A DNA stretch of 64,000 nt from Candidatus Pacearchaeota archaeon (GCA_023133415.1 JAGLWM010000002.1:24081-88080), one strand, 5' to 3'. Shown: positions 38,897 through 48,340, counted from the stretch's first letter. Notes: generated from the sequence alone by a model not told the origin. Translations and numbers: made by a program.

Positions 38897-39005
38897 GAAG
38901 GGGGCGATTGTTTCGGATGAGACGATCAAGTGGATTGGGTATCTTGGGCTTCTGGCTGCGGTGAGTTTTGCAATTTGGAAGATTGTTTCGAAGGTGATGG
39001 GTTAA
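38871..39005 (+). CDS. Very small pilin-like protein (not in the ORF track)
   Basis: MMYLLKLNRKG/AIVSDETIKWIGYLGLLAAVSFAIWKIVSKVMG. Confidence 0.6.
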   Translation: MMYLLKLNRKGAIVSDETIKWIGYLGLLAAVSFAIWKIVSKVMG

Positions 39006-39023
39006 TTTTATTAAGTTGTTTTT

Positions 39024-40049
39024 ATGGGTATGTGTATGGATGAAAAGAGTGTGTTTTGTGAAGTGACAGGGGTATCATGTGGTTCGTCCGTGTTGGGAAA
39101 TAAAAAAGGGGACTATAAGTGGGGAATTATGTTGTCGTTGATTTTGGGTCTGATGGTTTTGAGTTTGAGTTTGTATTTTATTTTTCATGAGCTTTGGACC
39201 GAGGAAGATACGGAGAGGCAGATTTGTAGGCAGAGTATTCAGTTGAGGTCGTTGTTGCCAGATGCGACGATTGCGGGTTTTAATGTAGACTCGTTTAAGG
39301 ATGAATATCCGTTAAAGTGTAGGACGCATGTTGTGGAGATTAGTGAGAGGGAGATTAGAGAGGGTGAGGCTGGAAAGATTATTGCTGAGACTATGGCGGA
39401 GTGTTGGGCGCTTTATGATAATGGGGATGCTAGTGCCTTTCCTGCCAAGTTTTTTAAGTCGAGTACGTGTGTTCCTTGTGCTAGGATTCATTTGACGGTT
39501 GAGGCAAAAAAGGAGTTGGGAAGTAAGAAGATTGATATTCGGAAGGCTTTGGATTTGCCGATGGGTAAGGATTATTCGTATTATCTTTATTTGCGAGATT
39601 CAGGGAAAAAGTTTTCGGCGTTTGATTTTGGGAATGAAGTGCCGTTTGATTTAGAAGGTGACGGGTTTTATATTGGGAGTGATCTTACGTTTTGGGAGAA
39701 TGTTATTTTAAAAAATAAGCTTAATAATGGGGAGTTTACGGCGAGGATGAGAACTCTTGATATTTCATTGCCCAGAGTTTTTGATGCTACGAAAGGAGAC
39801 TTGCTGATTAATTATGGGATTGTTACTATTCAAGATGAAGACTTTGGTGATTATATTCCTTATTTGTTTTATTTTCAGACTGAGCAAGGAAATCCGTTTA
39901 ATGAAGTAAGTAAGGATTTTATTTTTAATTTTTGGGATTTGCTTCCGAAGGCTTTGAGTTCTCTTTGGAATGTTCCAGAAAAAGGATTGGATGCGTTTAT
40001 TAAAAGGGATATTGGTTTTTGTGAAGAGTGGGAGGGAATTCCTGCATGA
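39024..40049 (+). CDS. Minor-pilin-like protein
   Basis: NKKG/DYKWGIMLSLILGL; CRQS, MAECW, C..C motifs. Confidence 0.7.
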   Translation: MGMCMDEKSVFCEVTGVSCGSSVLGNKKGDYKWGIMLSLILGLMVLSLSLYFIFHELWTEEDTERQICRQSIQLRSLLPDATIAGFNVDSFKDEYPLKCRTHVVEISEREIREGEAGKIIAETMAECWALYDNGDASAFPAKFFKSSTCVPCARIHLTVEAKKELGSKKIDIRKALDLPMGKDYSYYLYLRDSGKKFSAFDFGNEVPFDLEGDGFYIGSDLTFWENVILKNKLNNGEFTARMRTLDISLPRVFDATKGDLLINYGIVTIQDEDFGDYIPYLFYFQTEQGNPFNEVSKDFIFNFWDLLPKALSSLWNVPEKGLDAFIKRDIGFCEEWEGIPA

Positions 40050-40402
40050 TGAATAAGAGAGGTTCTCTTTTGAATGAGGTTATAATCCATGTGATTTTGA
40101 TTAGTTTGGTTTTTGCGATTTTTCTGTTTGCGATGGCGGGGCGAATTGATGGACGGGATGTTAAGCAACAGGTTTTGGAGAAGCAAATTGCGTTGTTGAT
40201 TGATTCGGCGGAGGCTGGGATGAGTTTCGAGATTAGTAAGATAAATGTAAATGGGGTTGTTGGAGAGCTTGAAATTCGGGATGGTCGGGTTTTTGTTGGG
40301 ATAGGTGGGTTTCGTTCGGTTAAGGGGTATCCTTATTTTTCTAAGTATTCAGTTGATGTTGATGAAGAGAAAGATAAATTTGTGGTGAGGGTCGAAAAAT
40401 GA
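40046..40402 (+). CDS. Pilin-like protein
   Basis: MMNKRG/SLLNEVIIHVILI; ATGA overlap with the previous gene. Confidence 0.75.
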   Translation: MMNKRGSLLNEVIIHVILISLVFAIFLFAMAGRIDGRDVKQQVLEKQIALLIDSAEAGMSFEISKINVNGVVGELEIRDGRVFVGIGGFRSVKGYPYFSKYSVDVDEEKDKFVVRVEK

Positions 40403-41025
40403 GATTTTTCGAGGTCGCAGGTTGTAGGTCGGCCTCAAATGGGCATGACTCTACTGACTCTCAGGTCGCAGGTGGGAGGGAGAAGGGAAGAGGTGTTGGG
40501 AGGGAGTTTGGGAAGAAGGGGCAGATGGCAGAGGGGATTCATATGATATATCGGTTAATGATGGTTTCGTTGGTTGCATTTGTTGTATTTGGGGCTGGAT
40601 CATTTGTGTATACTTATTATATTGATGTTCGGGATGTTGAGGCTCGGATTTTGGCGAGAGAGGTTGTGGAGTGTTTGGTTGAGGATGGAGTTTTGGATTT
40701 GCGTGGAGATGTTGAGGGGAAGATTGAAGATTGTGGTATTGCTAGTGATGAGAGGATTTATGTTGGGGTTGAGGTTGTTGATGGGGATGGAAAAAATATA
40801 GCAAAGTTTAGCGAGGGGGATAGTGGGGCGCTTTGGATTAGGGATTTATTTGGAAAGGCTATAGTGACTGGGAATGCGGTGATGGGTCATGAGAATATTG
40901 AGGGGATTGCTATGTATAAGCCTGGGTATTACGAGGGGAATTATTCTGTTTTTGTTTTGGATGATGATGATAAATTTGAAGGGGTGATGATGATGGAGGT
41001 TTTGGTGAATTATGGGGACGAGTAG
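40399..41025 (+). CDS. Pilin-like protein with repeat-expanded leader
   Basis: ...GKKG/QMAEGIHMIYRLMMVSLVAFVVF; leader DNA contains AGGTCGC heptamers. Confidence 0.7.
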   Translation: MRFFEVAGCRSASNGHDSTDSQVAGGREKGRGVGREFGKKGQMAEGIHMIYRLMMVSLVAFVVFGAGSFVYTYYIDVRDVEARILAREVVECLVEDGVLDLRGDVEGKIEDCGIASDERIYVGVEVVDGDGKNIAKFSEGDSGALWIRDLFGKAIVTGNAVMGHENIEGIAMYKPGYYEGNYSVFVLDDDDKFEGVMMMEVLVNYGDE

Positions 41026-41377
41026 TTTCGGTAGTCGGTGGCACCCTTACAAATTCAAAGCAAAAATTGGTTGGGGCAGTCCCTCGGTAGTCGGTAGTCG
41101 TGGGGTGGGGAAACGGGGAGTGGTTGCGAATTTTATTGTATTTTTTGGGGCGACGATTGCGATTGTTTTGATTTTGGTTGTGTATATGATTGGGGGCGGG
41201 ATTATTAAGAAGTTGAATAAATCTGCTGCAGATATTGCGATTTATGATGAGAGTGATATTGAAATTGATAATATTTTTGATTATTCGGATCGGTATGTTT
41301 TGTTGAGTGAAGCGAAGTTTTTGGTTGCTGGAGGAAAGGGCTTGGATGATTCGTTGTTGGAGGTTGGTTATGGATAG
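41012..41377 (+). CDS. Pilin-like protein with repeat-expanded leader
   Basis: ...GKRG/VVANFIVFFGATIAIV; leader DNA contains GGTAGTC heptamers and a family C element. Confidence 0.7.
   Translation: MGTSSFGSRWHPYKFKAKIGWGSPSVVGSRGVGKRGVVANFIVFFGATIAIVLILVVYMIGGGIIKKLNKSAADIAIYDESDIEIDNIFDYSDRYVLLSEAKFLVAGGKGLDDSLLEVGYG
41034..41090 (+). repeat. Family C repeat, copy 1
   Basis: GTCGGTG...CAC.CT.AC.AATT.AAA.CAAAAAT..GTTGGGGCAG.CCCTCGGT shared with 42019-42082. Confidence 0.75.
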
Positions 41378-42002
41378 GGGTAGGGTGCAGGTCGGAGGTC
41401 GCAGGTCGCAGGTCGCAGGTCGGAGGTCGCAAAGAAGAGGAGAGATGGGAAAACGTGGGCAGTTTTTTTCTTTTCTTTTGGTTTTGATAACTTTGGCAAT
41501 GTGTGGAACTTCTGTTGGGATTTATATGATTCAGCAAGAGGGGGTGCAGAGTTCTTTGGTTTCGCCGTTAGTTGTTTTAGAGGTTCGGGATGCTAAGGAT
41601 GTTTTTGAGATGAGGGAGGTTGAGTTGATTGAGATGAGTTTGAGGAATATGCAGAGTGAGTTTGGGACGGACGAGTTTTTGGATGAGTTTAGAGGTGTGT
41701 TTATTTCTGGGATTAGTGATGAAATGAAGAATTTTATTTTTTCGAATTTGACTTGGAAGGGTGAGGTTGTAAAGAGGGAGGATATTGAGGATGTTTTTTT
41801 GGAGAATGTTGTTTATAATGAAGGATTGAGCCGTGTCGATTCTAATGAAATGGTTTTTGGACGGGGGAAGATTGGGAAGAGTTTTGAGTTGAGGGCGTTG
41901 GATATTACTAAGACGAATTTTGCAGTTGATTTTAATTTTGAATTTGATAGAGAATATTTGATAACGAGAGAGGGTAGGGGTTTTAGGGTGGAGGCATCGT
42001 GA
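41370..42002 (+). CDS. Pilin-like protein with heptamer-expanded leader
   Basis: MDRGRVQVGGRRSQVAGRRSQRRGEMGKRG/QFFSFLLVLITLAM. Confidence 0.72.
   Translation: MDRGRVQVGGRRSQVAGRRSQRRGEMGKRGQFFSFLLVLITLAMCGTSVGIYMIQQEGVQSSLVSPLVVLEVRDAKDVFEMREVELIEMSLRNMQSEFGTDEFLDEFRGVFISGISDEMKNFIFSNLTWKGEVVKREDIEDVFLENVVYNEGLSRVDSNEMVFGRGKIGKSFELRALDITKTNFAVDFNFEFDREYLITREGRGFRVEAS
41387..41430 (+). repeat. Heptamer tandem repeat G(C/G)AGGTC x6 (42 nt, frame-preserving)
   Basis: Directly visible. Confidence 0.9.
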
Positions 42003-42018
42003 GAATGAAATATGAAAC

Positions 42019-42082
42019 GTCGGTGGTTGATGACACTCTCACGAATTTAAAACAAAAATCAGTTGGGGCAGACCCTCGGTGG
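42019..42082 (+). repeat. Family C repeat, copy 2
   Basis: Matches 41034-41090. Confidence 0.75.
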
Positions 42083-42134
42083 TTGGATACGGCTGGATTT
42101 GATTTGTGTAGAAAAAAAATAAGGGAGGTGGAAG

Positions 42135-42311
42135 ATGGATTACGGAGGAGTTGATAGGCGGAAGACGAAGAAAGATTTGAAGAGGAAGCGGTTGGTTCGG
42201 GGATATAAGAGGGGTGGGAAGTTTAGGTCGGCTAATGTTGACGAGAAGAGTGGGGAGAAGAGGGACAAGATGGGGAAGGTTGTTGTGGGAAAGAAGAAAA
42301 GGAAGGTTTAA
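42135..42311 (+). CDS. Small highly basic protein (not in the ORF track)
   Basis: GGAGGTG SD-like site; MDYGGVDRRKTKKDLKRKRLVRGYKRGGKFRSANVDEKSGEKRDKMGKVVVGKKKRKV. Confidence 0.6.
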   Translation: MDYGGVDRRKTKKDLKRKRLVRGYKRGGKFRSANVDEKSGEKRDKMGKVVVGKKKRKV

Positions 42312-42335
42312 ATAAATTGGAAAGATTGAAGTTGT

Positions 42336-42443
42336 ATGAGTAAAAAGGTGTTGCGGTGGTTGAATTATTTAGCTGTTGGCGTTGGGTTGACTGCATTGGG
42401 GTTTTTGATTTTTGGGATAATTAGAGCTTTGTTGGAGCTATGA
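42336..42443 (+). CDS. 35-aa single-TM protein (not in the ORF track)
   Basis: MSKKVLRWLNYLAVGVGLTALGFLIFGIIRALLEL; ATGA overlap with the next ORF. Confidence 0.5.
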   Translation: MSKKVLRWLNYLAVGVGLTALGFLIFGIIRALLEL

Positions 42444-42628
42444 TGAATAAATATTTTTTAGACTGGTTGGGTAATATGATTAATTATTCTATTTTGTTAT
42501 TGATTTTTTTACGAAGTTTTAATTCGGGTTATTTTAGTTTGCTTGATATGTCATTGTCTGCTTTTGGGCTTGTTGCTTCGGTAATTATTTTTACTGTGCA
42601 TTTGATTAATGAGGAGAATTTAAAATGA
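42440..42628 (+). CDS. Small membrane protein
   Basis: Two hydrophobic segments; ATGA overlaps on both sides. Confidence 0.5.
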   Translation: MMNKYFLDWLGNMINYSILLLIFLRSFNSGYFSLLDMSLSAFGLVASVIIFTVHLINEENLK

Positions 42629-43479
42629 TAGAATTTGGTTTTTTATTTTGGTTGTTTTTGGGTGGGATTATTGTTGCTGGTCTACAGGATTTGAAACGAC
42701 GCGAGGTTGATAATTGGTTGTGTTTGTTTTTGATGGTTAGTGGATTTGTGTTTGTTTTTTATGGAGCGATTTTGTCTGGAGATTCGGATGTTATTTTTCA
42801 TGCTGGGTTTTTGTTGGTTGTGATGTTTGTTATTATGAATTTGTTTTATTATGCGAGGGTTTTTGCCGGGGGAGATGCGAAACTGTTGGTTTCTATGACG
42901 GTGTTTTTTTTGGGTGCGAGTTTTTTTGGATCGATGGTTAAGGTTGGAATTTTTCTTTTGCTTTTAATGATTAGTGGTTCTGCTTATGGTTTAATTTATT
43001 CTTTAGTTTTGTATTTTAAAGATTTTAAGAAGGTGAATGCGAAGATGGGGAAATTGGCAGTTGGTAATTGGTGGTCGATGGTTGTTCTTGGTGTGGGTGT
43101 AGTTTTGATGTTGTTTGGATTTTGGAATTGGATTTTTTTTATGTTTGGGATTTTGATTTTTATTTTTCCGTTGCTCTATATTTTTGCGAGGGGGTTAGAG
43201 AATGTTTCAATGATTCGTGAGGTTTCGGGGCGGGAGCTTCAGGAGGGGGATTGGCTGGTCGAGGATGTAATTGCCAGAAATCGGGAGGTGATTAAAGCTG
43301 ATTGGGATGGTTTGAGTTTGAGTGATATTGAATTGTTGAAAAATAAAAGGAAGATTTTGATTAAAGACGGATTGCCATTTGTGCCGGCGTTTTTGATTGC
43401 GTTTTTGGGGTATGCAATATTTTTGGAAAAAATATTGGTGTATTTCGGGTTGGATATTGGGCTTTTGGTTGGAGGATAA
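42625..43479 (+). CDS. Prepilin/prearchaellin peptidase (A24, PibD/ArlK-like)
   Basis: QDLKRREVDN, AGGDAKLL catalytic Asp motifs, L.EGDW, LPFVPAF. Confidence 0.9.
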   Translation: MIEFGFLFWLFLGGIIVAGLQDLKRREVDNWLCLFLMVSGFVFVFYGAILSGDSDVIFHAGFLLVVMFVIMNLFYYARVFAGGDAKLLVSMTVFFLGASFFGSMVKVGIFLLLLMISGSAYGLIYSLVLYFKDFKKVNAKMGKLAVGNWWSMVVLGVGVVLMLFGFWNWIFFMFGILIFIFPLLYIFARGLENVSMIREVSGRELQEGDWLVEDVIARNREVIKADWDGLSLSDIELLKNKRKILIKDGLPFVPAFLIAFLGYAIFLEKILVYFGLDIGLLVGG

Positions 43480-43480
43480 T

Positions 43481-44071
43481 TTAAGGTATTCTTGGTGGGA
43501 GGATTGGGATTTCTTCTATTTTGGGTTCTTTTGGTTTTTCTGGAATTTCTATATCCTTGGCCTTTAGTATTTCTTTTTGGAGAGATTCTAATTCTTCTTC
43601 AGAGGCTTGTTTCTTTTGGGTTTCGTCACCGTAGATTGGGATGATTTCTAAAAGTGCATGGTTCATGATTTTTAGTTCGTTGATTTTGATTTCGTTTGGA
43701 GAGAATTTGTCTTGGAGTTTTTTGCTGACTTCTTGTGTAATGAGCTTTGAGGATTCCGGAATTTTGTCGAGATGTTCTTTTGGGATAATTAGAGAGTGGC
43801 CTTTGCTTAAGGGGTTTAGTTCTAGGATTGCGATATAATTTTTGTCTTCGGCAATTTTGTAGGATGGGGTTTTGTTTGCGGCGATTGAGCAGAATATGCA
43901 TTGTCCGCCGAGGTGGGTTAGATTGTTTTGTTTGATGAAGGTCTCGATTTGTTCGTTGGTCATGGAGTTGATTTGGTCGGCTATTTGTGAACGTTTGTCT
44001 TCTGGAAAGTTGTCTAATTGGGTCAGAAGGTGTTCTTTGATTTTGGATGCTTCTTCGTTTGTAATTGGCAT
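43481..44071 (-). CDS. HIT-family protein with N-terminal extension (HIT motif degenerate)
   Basis: CIFCSIA...NPLSKGHSLIIPKEH; HALLEIIP in place of HxHxH. Confidence 0.75.
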   Translation of the reverse strand: MPITNEEASKIKEHLLTQLDNFPEDKRSQIADQINSMTNEQIETFIKQNNLTHLGGQCIFCSIAANKTPSYKIAEDKNYIAILELNPLSKGHSLIIPKEHLDKIPESSKLITQEVSKKLQDKFSPNEIKINELKIMNHALLEIIPIYGDETQKKQASEEELESLQKEILKAKDIEIPEKPKEPKIEEIPILPPRIP

Positions 44072-44237
44072 AGTTTATAAAAGGTGAAGGGGGTTATAAG
44101 TTTTGGGTTATTAAGTTTAAGTGAAGTTTTTTCTGAAACATAATGAAAGAAGAATTTGCTCGAGGGACTGAGGGTCAGTAATTCTCTATAAATTTTAGCC
44201 ATGAGGTAGGAATATTTATAAAAATTTATTTTTCAAT

Positions 44238-44567
44238 ATGTATATGAGACAGGTAGTTTTGGATATCGAAAAAGAGGCGCCAATTGGAATTGTTGGTGGG
44301 AAAGCAAGAGGAATGTTTATTTTGAAGTCTCTTGAAGAGAAATTAAACGAAGAAGTAGATGATGGAGAAAAAGTAATTATTCCTAGATTTTTTGTAGTTC
44401 CATCTTCGCTAAGTCTTTCAAATAATCATAAGAGACTTTTAGCTACAGCAGATTCATTATTTTATGGAGGCAAAGAATATGGGGAGAGATATCCTATTGA
44501 AACAGGTGAAAAGGTTAGAGTAGTAAGTGATGGAGAAAAAGGACTTGTGTTCAATCTGTCAAGATAG
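44238..44567 (+). pseudogene. Possible internally deleted PEP-utilising (PPDK/PEP synthase-like) gene
   Basis: VGGKA..+P.FFVVP at the N-terminus joined to a GEKVRVVSDGEKGLV C-terminal-type segment within 109 aa. Confidence 0.4.
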
Positions 44568-44709
44568 TGGTTTTTGTGAAGTGCGAGATAAGGGCTTTCG
44601 ATTTGTTTTTTAAGAGAAATGAAAATTTGATTTCGACTAACATGAGATTATCAATGGTTTGTTATTAAAATCAAAGAGAGAATTAGAAATAAGAATTATC
44701 AGAATATTT

Positions 44710-44988
44710 TTATCCGACGACTCTTCTGTAGTCGATGAGCTCGACGGAAGAGACTCCTGGAATTTTGCTTAGTGCGTTTTCTACTTTGTCGGATTGTTCA
44801 TCTTCAGAAAGTGCAATTGTTATGATTAATGCCTTTAGTCCGAATGCGATTGGTTCTTCTTTTGCTTCATTGAAGATTCCAGACTCGAAGGATTCTACTG
44901 TTTTTTTTATTTTTGTTCTAAGTTCTTCTAGATTTATGTCTATGTTTTCAGGCATTATTTTAAATTGTATTCCTACTGTGGCCGCCAT
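44710..44988 (-). CDS. ef1b: Archaeal elongation factor 1-beta
   Basis: KIMPE...EEPIAFGLKAL...IPGVSSVE. Confidence 0.93.
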   Translation of the reverse strand: MAATVGIQFKIMPENIDINLEELRTKIKKTVESFESGIFNEAKEEPIAFGLKALIITIALSEDEQSDKVENALSKIPGVSSVELIDYRRVVG

Positions 44989-45065
44989 TCGTATGTGAAC
45001 CTAACGGTTTTCCTGACAAATCATTTTTCTCTTGAGGGTGATTGTTTTGCAATATTTATTTTTCA

Positions 45066-45212
45066 TCATGGGCCTTTGTATCCACATTTTGGACATTTAT
45101 ATTCGATTGAAAGACTTCTGCATTTGTCGCATCGCAGGATTTCGTTGCCGCATTTTGGGCAGGGGAATCTTACTATTTTTGATGTTTCTTTTGTACAGCT
45201 TGTGCATTTCAT
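45066..45212 (-). CDS. Small double zinc-ribbon protein (HVO_2753/DUF1610-like), not in the ORF track
   Basis: MKCTSC...FPCPKCGNEILRCDKCRSLSIEYKCPKCGYKGP; usual position upstream of ef1b. Confidence 0.9.
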   Translation of the reverse strand: MKCTSCTKETSKIVRFPCPKCGNEILRCDKCRSLSIEYKCPKCGYKGP

Positions 45213-45337
45213 ATTCAGTTATCTTGTTTTTGGTTTATAAGTTTTGCTGTGGCAGAAAGTTGATGGTTAAGGATTAATGATTTACAAGTGCGATGTATCC
45301 CAATAATACTTAAATAGTGAGGATGGGTTTTTGAAAT

Positions 45338-46303
45338 ATGAAAAATTATGATTTATTGGTTGATCGGATTGCCAAGTCTGCTAATTTGGAAAGGGAGGAG
45401 ATTGAGCGGAAGGTTGAGGCGAAAAAGGCGAAGTTGTCGGGGCTGATTTCAAAGGAAGGTGCGGCGCAGATTATTGCGGCTGAGTTGGGGATTAATTTTG
45501 AGGATGAGGATTTGAAGATTGCGGAGTTGATTGGTGGGCTTCGGAAGGTGAATGTTGTTGGGAAGATTATGAATATTTTTCCTGTTCGTGAGTTTGAAAA
45601 GAATGACAGGAAGGGAAAGGTTGCGAATTTTATTTTGGCGGATGATAGTGGAAGTACGAGGGTTGTTCTGTGGGATGTTAATCATATTGTGTTGATTGAG
45701 AATAAGGAGATTGAGGTGGGGGATGTTGTTGAGATTAGAAATGGGTCGACTCGGGATTCGGAGATTCATCTTTCGAGTTTTGGTGAGTTGAAGAAGAGTG
45801 AGGTTGTCATGGATGAAGTTAAGAATGCGCCGGCTGTGAGCGAGGTGAGTTTAGATGAGGTTAGGCAGGGTATGAATGTTAGGGCTCGAGGTGTTGTTGT
45901 TCAGGTTTTTCAGCCGAGATTTTATTCGGTTTGTCCGACTTGTAATAAGAAGGTGGTTAAGTCGGCAGTCGGGGATGAGAAGGGGAAGGAGGAATATAGG
46001 TGTGCTGAGCATGGAGTTGTTGAGAAGGTGGATCGTGCGATTTTGAATTTTGTTTTAGATGATGGGACAGAGAGTATGAGGGTTGTGATGTTTTCGGATC
46101 AGATTAAGCAATTGATTCCTGAAGAAGATTTAAAAGATGAGATGAAGGCTGCGGCGTTTCGGGATGATTTTTTGGGAACGGAAATTTATTTATCTGGTAG
46201 AATTAATCGTAATCAATTGTTTAATAATTTGGAAATTGTTGCCAATAATATTGAGAGGGTTGATGTGGAAAAGTTGATTGTTGAGTTAGATGATAAAAAG
46301 TAG
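45338..46303 (+). CDS. Replication protein A-like ssDNA-binding protein (OB folds plus Zn finger)
   Basis: LSGLISKEGAA.IIA.ELG; GKVAN...DDSG..RVVLW; CPTCNKK...CAEHG; DDGTE. Confidence 0.88.
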   Translation: MKNYDLLVDRIAKSANLEREEIERKVEAKKAKLSGLISKEGAAQIIAAELGINFEDEDLKIAELIGGLRKVNVVGKIMNIFPVREFEKNDRKGKVANFILADDSGSTRVVLWDVNHIVLIENKEIEVGDVVEIRNGSTRDSEIHLSSFGELKKSEVVMDEVKNAPAVSEVSLDEVRQGMNVRARGVVVQVFQPRFYSVCPTCNKKVVKSAVGDEKGKEEYRCAEHGVVEKVDRAILNFVLDDGTESMRVVMFSDQIKQLIPEEDLKDEMKAAAFRDDFLGTEIYLSGRINRNQLFNNLEIVANNIERVDVEKLIVELDDKK

Positions 46304-46338
46304 TTGTTTTGTTATAGCTTTTTAGATGGGTTTTTAAT

Positions 46339-46818
46339 TTGAATTTTGTTTCATTGAGGATGTTATTCAGAACGCATATTGTATTTTCGCTGGCGGTTTA
46401 TTTTTTGCTTGCTTATTTTTTGGAGATGCCATTTTTTGTTTTGGGATTTGTTTTGTTTGCGATGGCGTTCGTTGATATTGATATTAAAAATAGCAAGTTT
46501 GGAAACCATTGGTATTTTCGACCATTGCAGTGGATGACGAAGCATCGGGGTGTTTTGCATAGTCTGGTTGCTTGCGTGTTTTTGAGTTTGGCTGTTGGGG
46601 CAATTAGTTTATGGGGCGGATTTGGTTTTTTTGTGGGATATGTTTCGCATTTGTTTTTAGATTGTTTGACTAGGAGTGGGGTTAAATTGTTTTGGCCGTT
46701 TAATTGGAAGGTTCGGGGTTTTGTGAAGAGTGGGGGAATTGTGGAGGAGGTTATTTTTGTTTTGTTTTTGCTGGGGGATATAGGGTTATTCGTCTGGGGA
46801 ATTATTGAGATTGTTTAG
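46339..46818 (+). CDS. YdjM-like membrane-bound metal-dependent hydrolase
   Basis: RTH, DID, KHRGVLHSL, SHLFLDCLTRSGV.LFWP; start may be the downstream ATG (MLFRTH). Confidence 0.88.
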   Translation: MNFVSLRMLFRTHIVFSLAVYFLLAYFLEMPFFVLGFVLFAMAFVDIDIKNSKFGNHWYFRPLQWMTKHRGVLHSLVACVFLSLAVGAISLWGGFGFFVGYVSHLFLDCLTRSGVKLFWPFNWKVRGFVKSGGIVEEVIFVLFLLGDIGLFVWGIIEIV

Positions 46819-47003
46819 AAGTGGATGACATATCTGTTTTTGTCAAAAGTGAACGCTACATTTTTTTTGGGCTTGCGTTTTTTATTGTTTCCGTGTCTTT
46901 AATTTTTATTATTTTTTGTATTATAATAATTTAGATAGTGTATTTTATCTTGAAGTGTTAATTATTCAACAAAATTTATATAAGAGTTTCGGTGTTGATT
47001 GTG

Positions 47004-47164
47004 ATGAATAAAGAGGGGATTTCTGCTGTTGTTGCTACGGTGTTGATTATTTTGGTTACGGTTATTCTAATTTTGGACAGGGGATTATTTTGGATGATGT
47101 TATAATTTGGAATAAGGTTCTTGATGAGAGGGAGATTAAAAATATTTATAGGATTCAGAAATAG
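47004..47164 (+). pseudogene. Collapsed pilin-LamG gene remnant
   Basis: One frame reads MNKEG/ISAVVATVLIILVTV (archaeal pilin N-terminus); a shifted frame reads GIILDDVIIWNKVLDEREIKNIY (LamG-like C-terminus). Confidence 0.6.
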
Positions 47165-47335
47165 AAATTTAATAAATTTTTTTGATTTATGGAAGTGAAT
47201 AGTTCTTTAAATGAAGAGTTAAATCCTTGAACAATAGGTCTTTAGATTAAGGATTATTATAGGGTATTATGACGGTGTTAATTGGTTCTTTTTGATGATA
47301 TAAATTCTTATAAAGGATTGGTTGTATTTTGTTGT

Positions 47336-48340
47336 ATGGATGATGATGATAGTAAGAAAGTAAAAAAGGTTTCTAAGAAAAAGGAAGAAAAGGGGCCGCA
47401 GTTGATTGATTTGCCTGGTGTCGGGCCTGGTGCTGTTGCGAAATTGGAAGCTGCTGGGATTTATGAATTGATGGGGTTGGCTGTTTTGACTCCGGCGCAG
47501 TTGAGTGAGACTGCCGGGATGAGTGAGTCGGTTGCGCGGAAGGCGATTCAGGCTGCGCGAAAGATGATGGACATGGGTTTTGTTGATGGATTGGAGCATG
47601 AGGAGAAGAGGAAAGAATTGTTTCATATTACTACTGGATCTAAAAATTTAGATAATTTGCTTGGGGGAAAAGGGCTTGAGACGAAGTCGATCACCGAGGC
47701 CTTCGGGGCTTTTGGGTCGGGGAAAACACAATTGGCTTTGTCTCTTGCTGTTGGTGTTCAGTTGCCGATTGAGAATGGTGGCGCAAATGGGAAGGCGGTT
47801 TATATCGATACGGAGGGGACGTTTCGGCCGGAAAGGGTTAGGCAGTTTGCGGAAGGGATTGGCGCGAATCCGGAAAAGGTGTTGAAGAATATTTTAGTTG
47901 CACGGGCTTTTAATTCGGATCATCAGATGTTGTTGCTTGATAGGGTTGCAGAGTTGATTAAGGATGGTGAGCCGATTAGGTTGATGATTATTGATTCTTT
48001 GACGGCGCATTTTAGGGCGGAGTTCAGTGGTCGGGGTCAGTTGGCGGATAGACAGCAGAGATTGAATAGGTATTTGCATAATTTAATGAAGGTGGCTGAG
48101 CAGAATAATATTGCGGTTTATGTGACGAATCAGGTTATGTCGGACCCGGCGCAGTTGTTTGGAGATCCTACGAAGGCGATTGGTGGGAATATTGTTGGGC
48201 ATGCTTGTACATATCGGATGTATTTGAGGCGAGGGAAGAAAGATTCGAGAGTTTGTAAGTTGATTGATAGTCCGAATTTGCCGGATAATGAGACTGTGTT
48301 TATGATTGAGACGGATGGTTTACGAGACATCGACATTTAA
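47336..48340 (+). CDS. radA: DNA repair and recombination protein RadA
   Basis: LPGVG HhH; GAFGSGKTQ; YIDTEGTFRPER; IIDSL; TNQV; DSPNLP. Confidence 0.97.
   Translation: MDDDDSKKVKKVSKKKEEKGPQLIDLPGVGPGAVAKLEAAGIYELMGLAVLTPAQLSETAGMSESVARKAIQAARKMMDMGFVDGLEHEEKRKELFHITTGSKNLDNLLGGKGLETKSITEAFGAFGSGKTQLALSLAVGVQLPIENGGANGKAVYIDTEGTFRPERVRQFAEGIGANPEKVLKNILVARAFNSDHQMLLLDRVAELIKDGEPIRLMIIDSLTAHFRAEFSGRGQLADRQQRLNRYLHNLMKVAEQNNIAVYVTNQVMSDPAQLFGDPTKAIGGNIVGHACTYRMYLRRGKKDSRVCKLIDSPNLPDNETVFMIETDGLRDIDI

Noticed and set aside
44965-45277. Two + strand ORFs
   Set aside because: Antisense to the zinc-ribbon gene at 45066-45212
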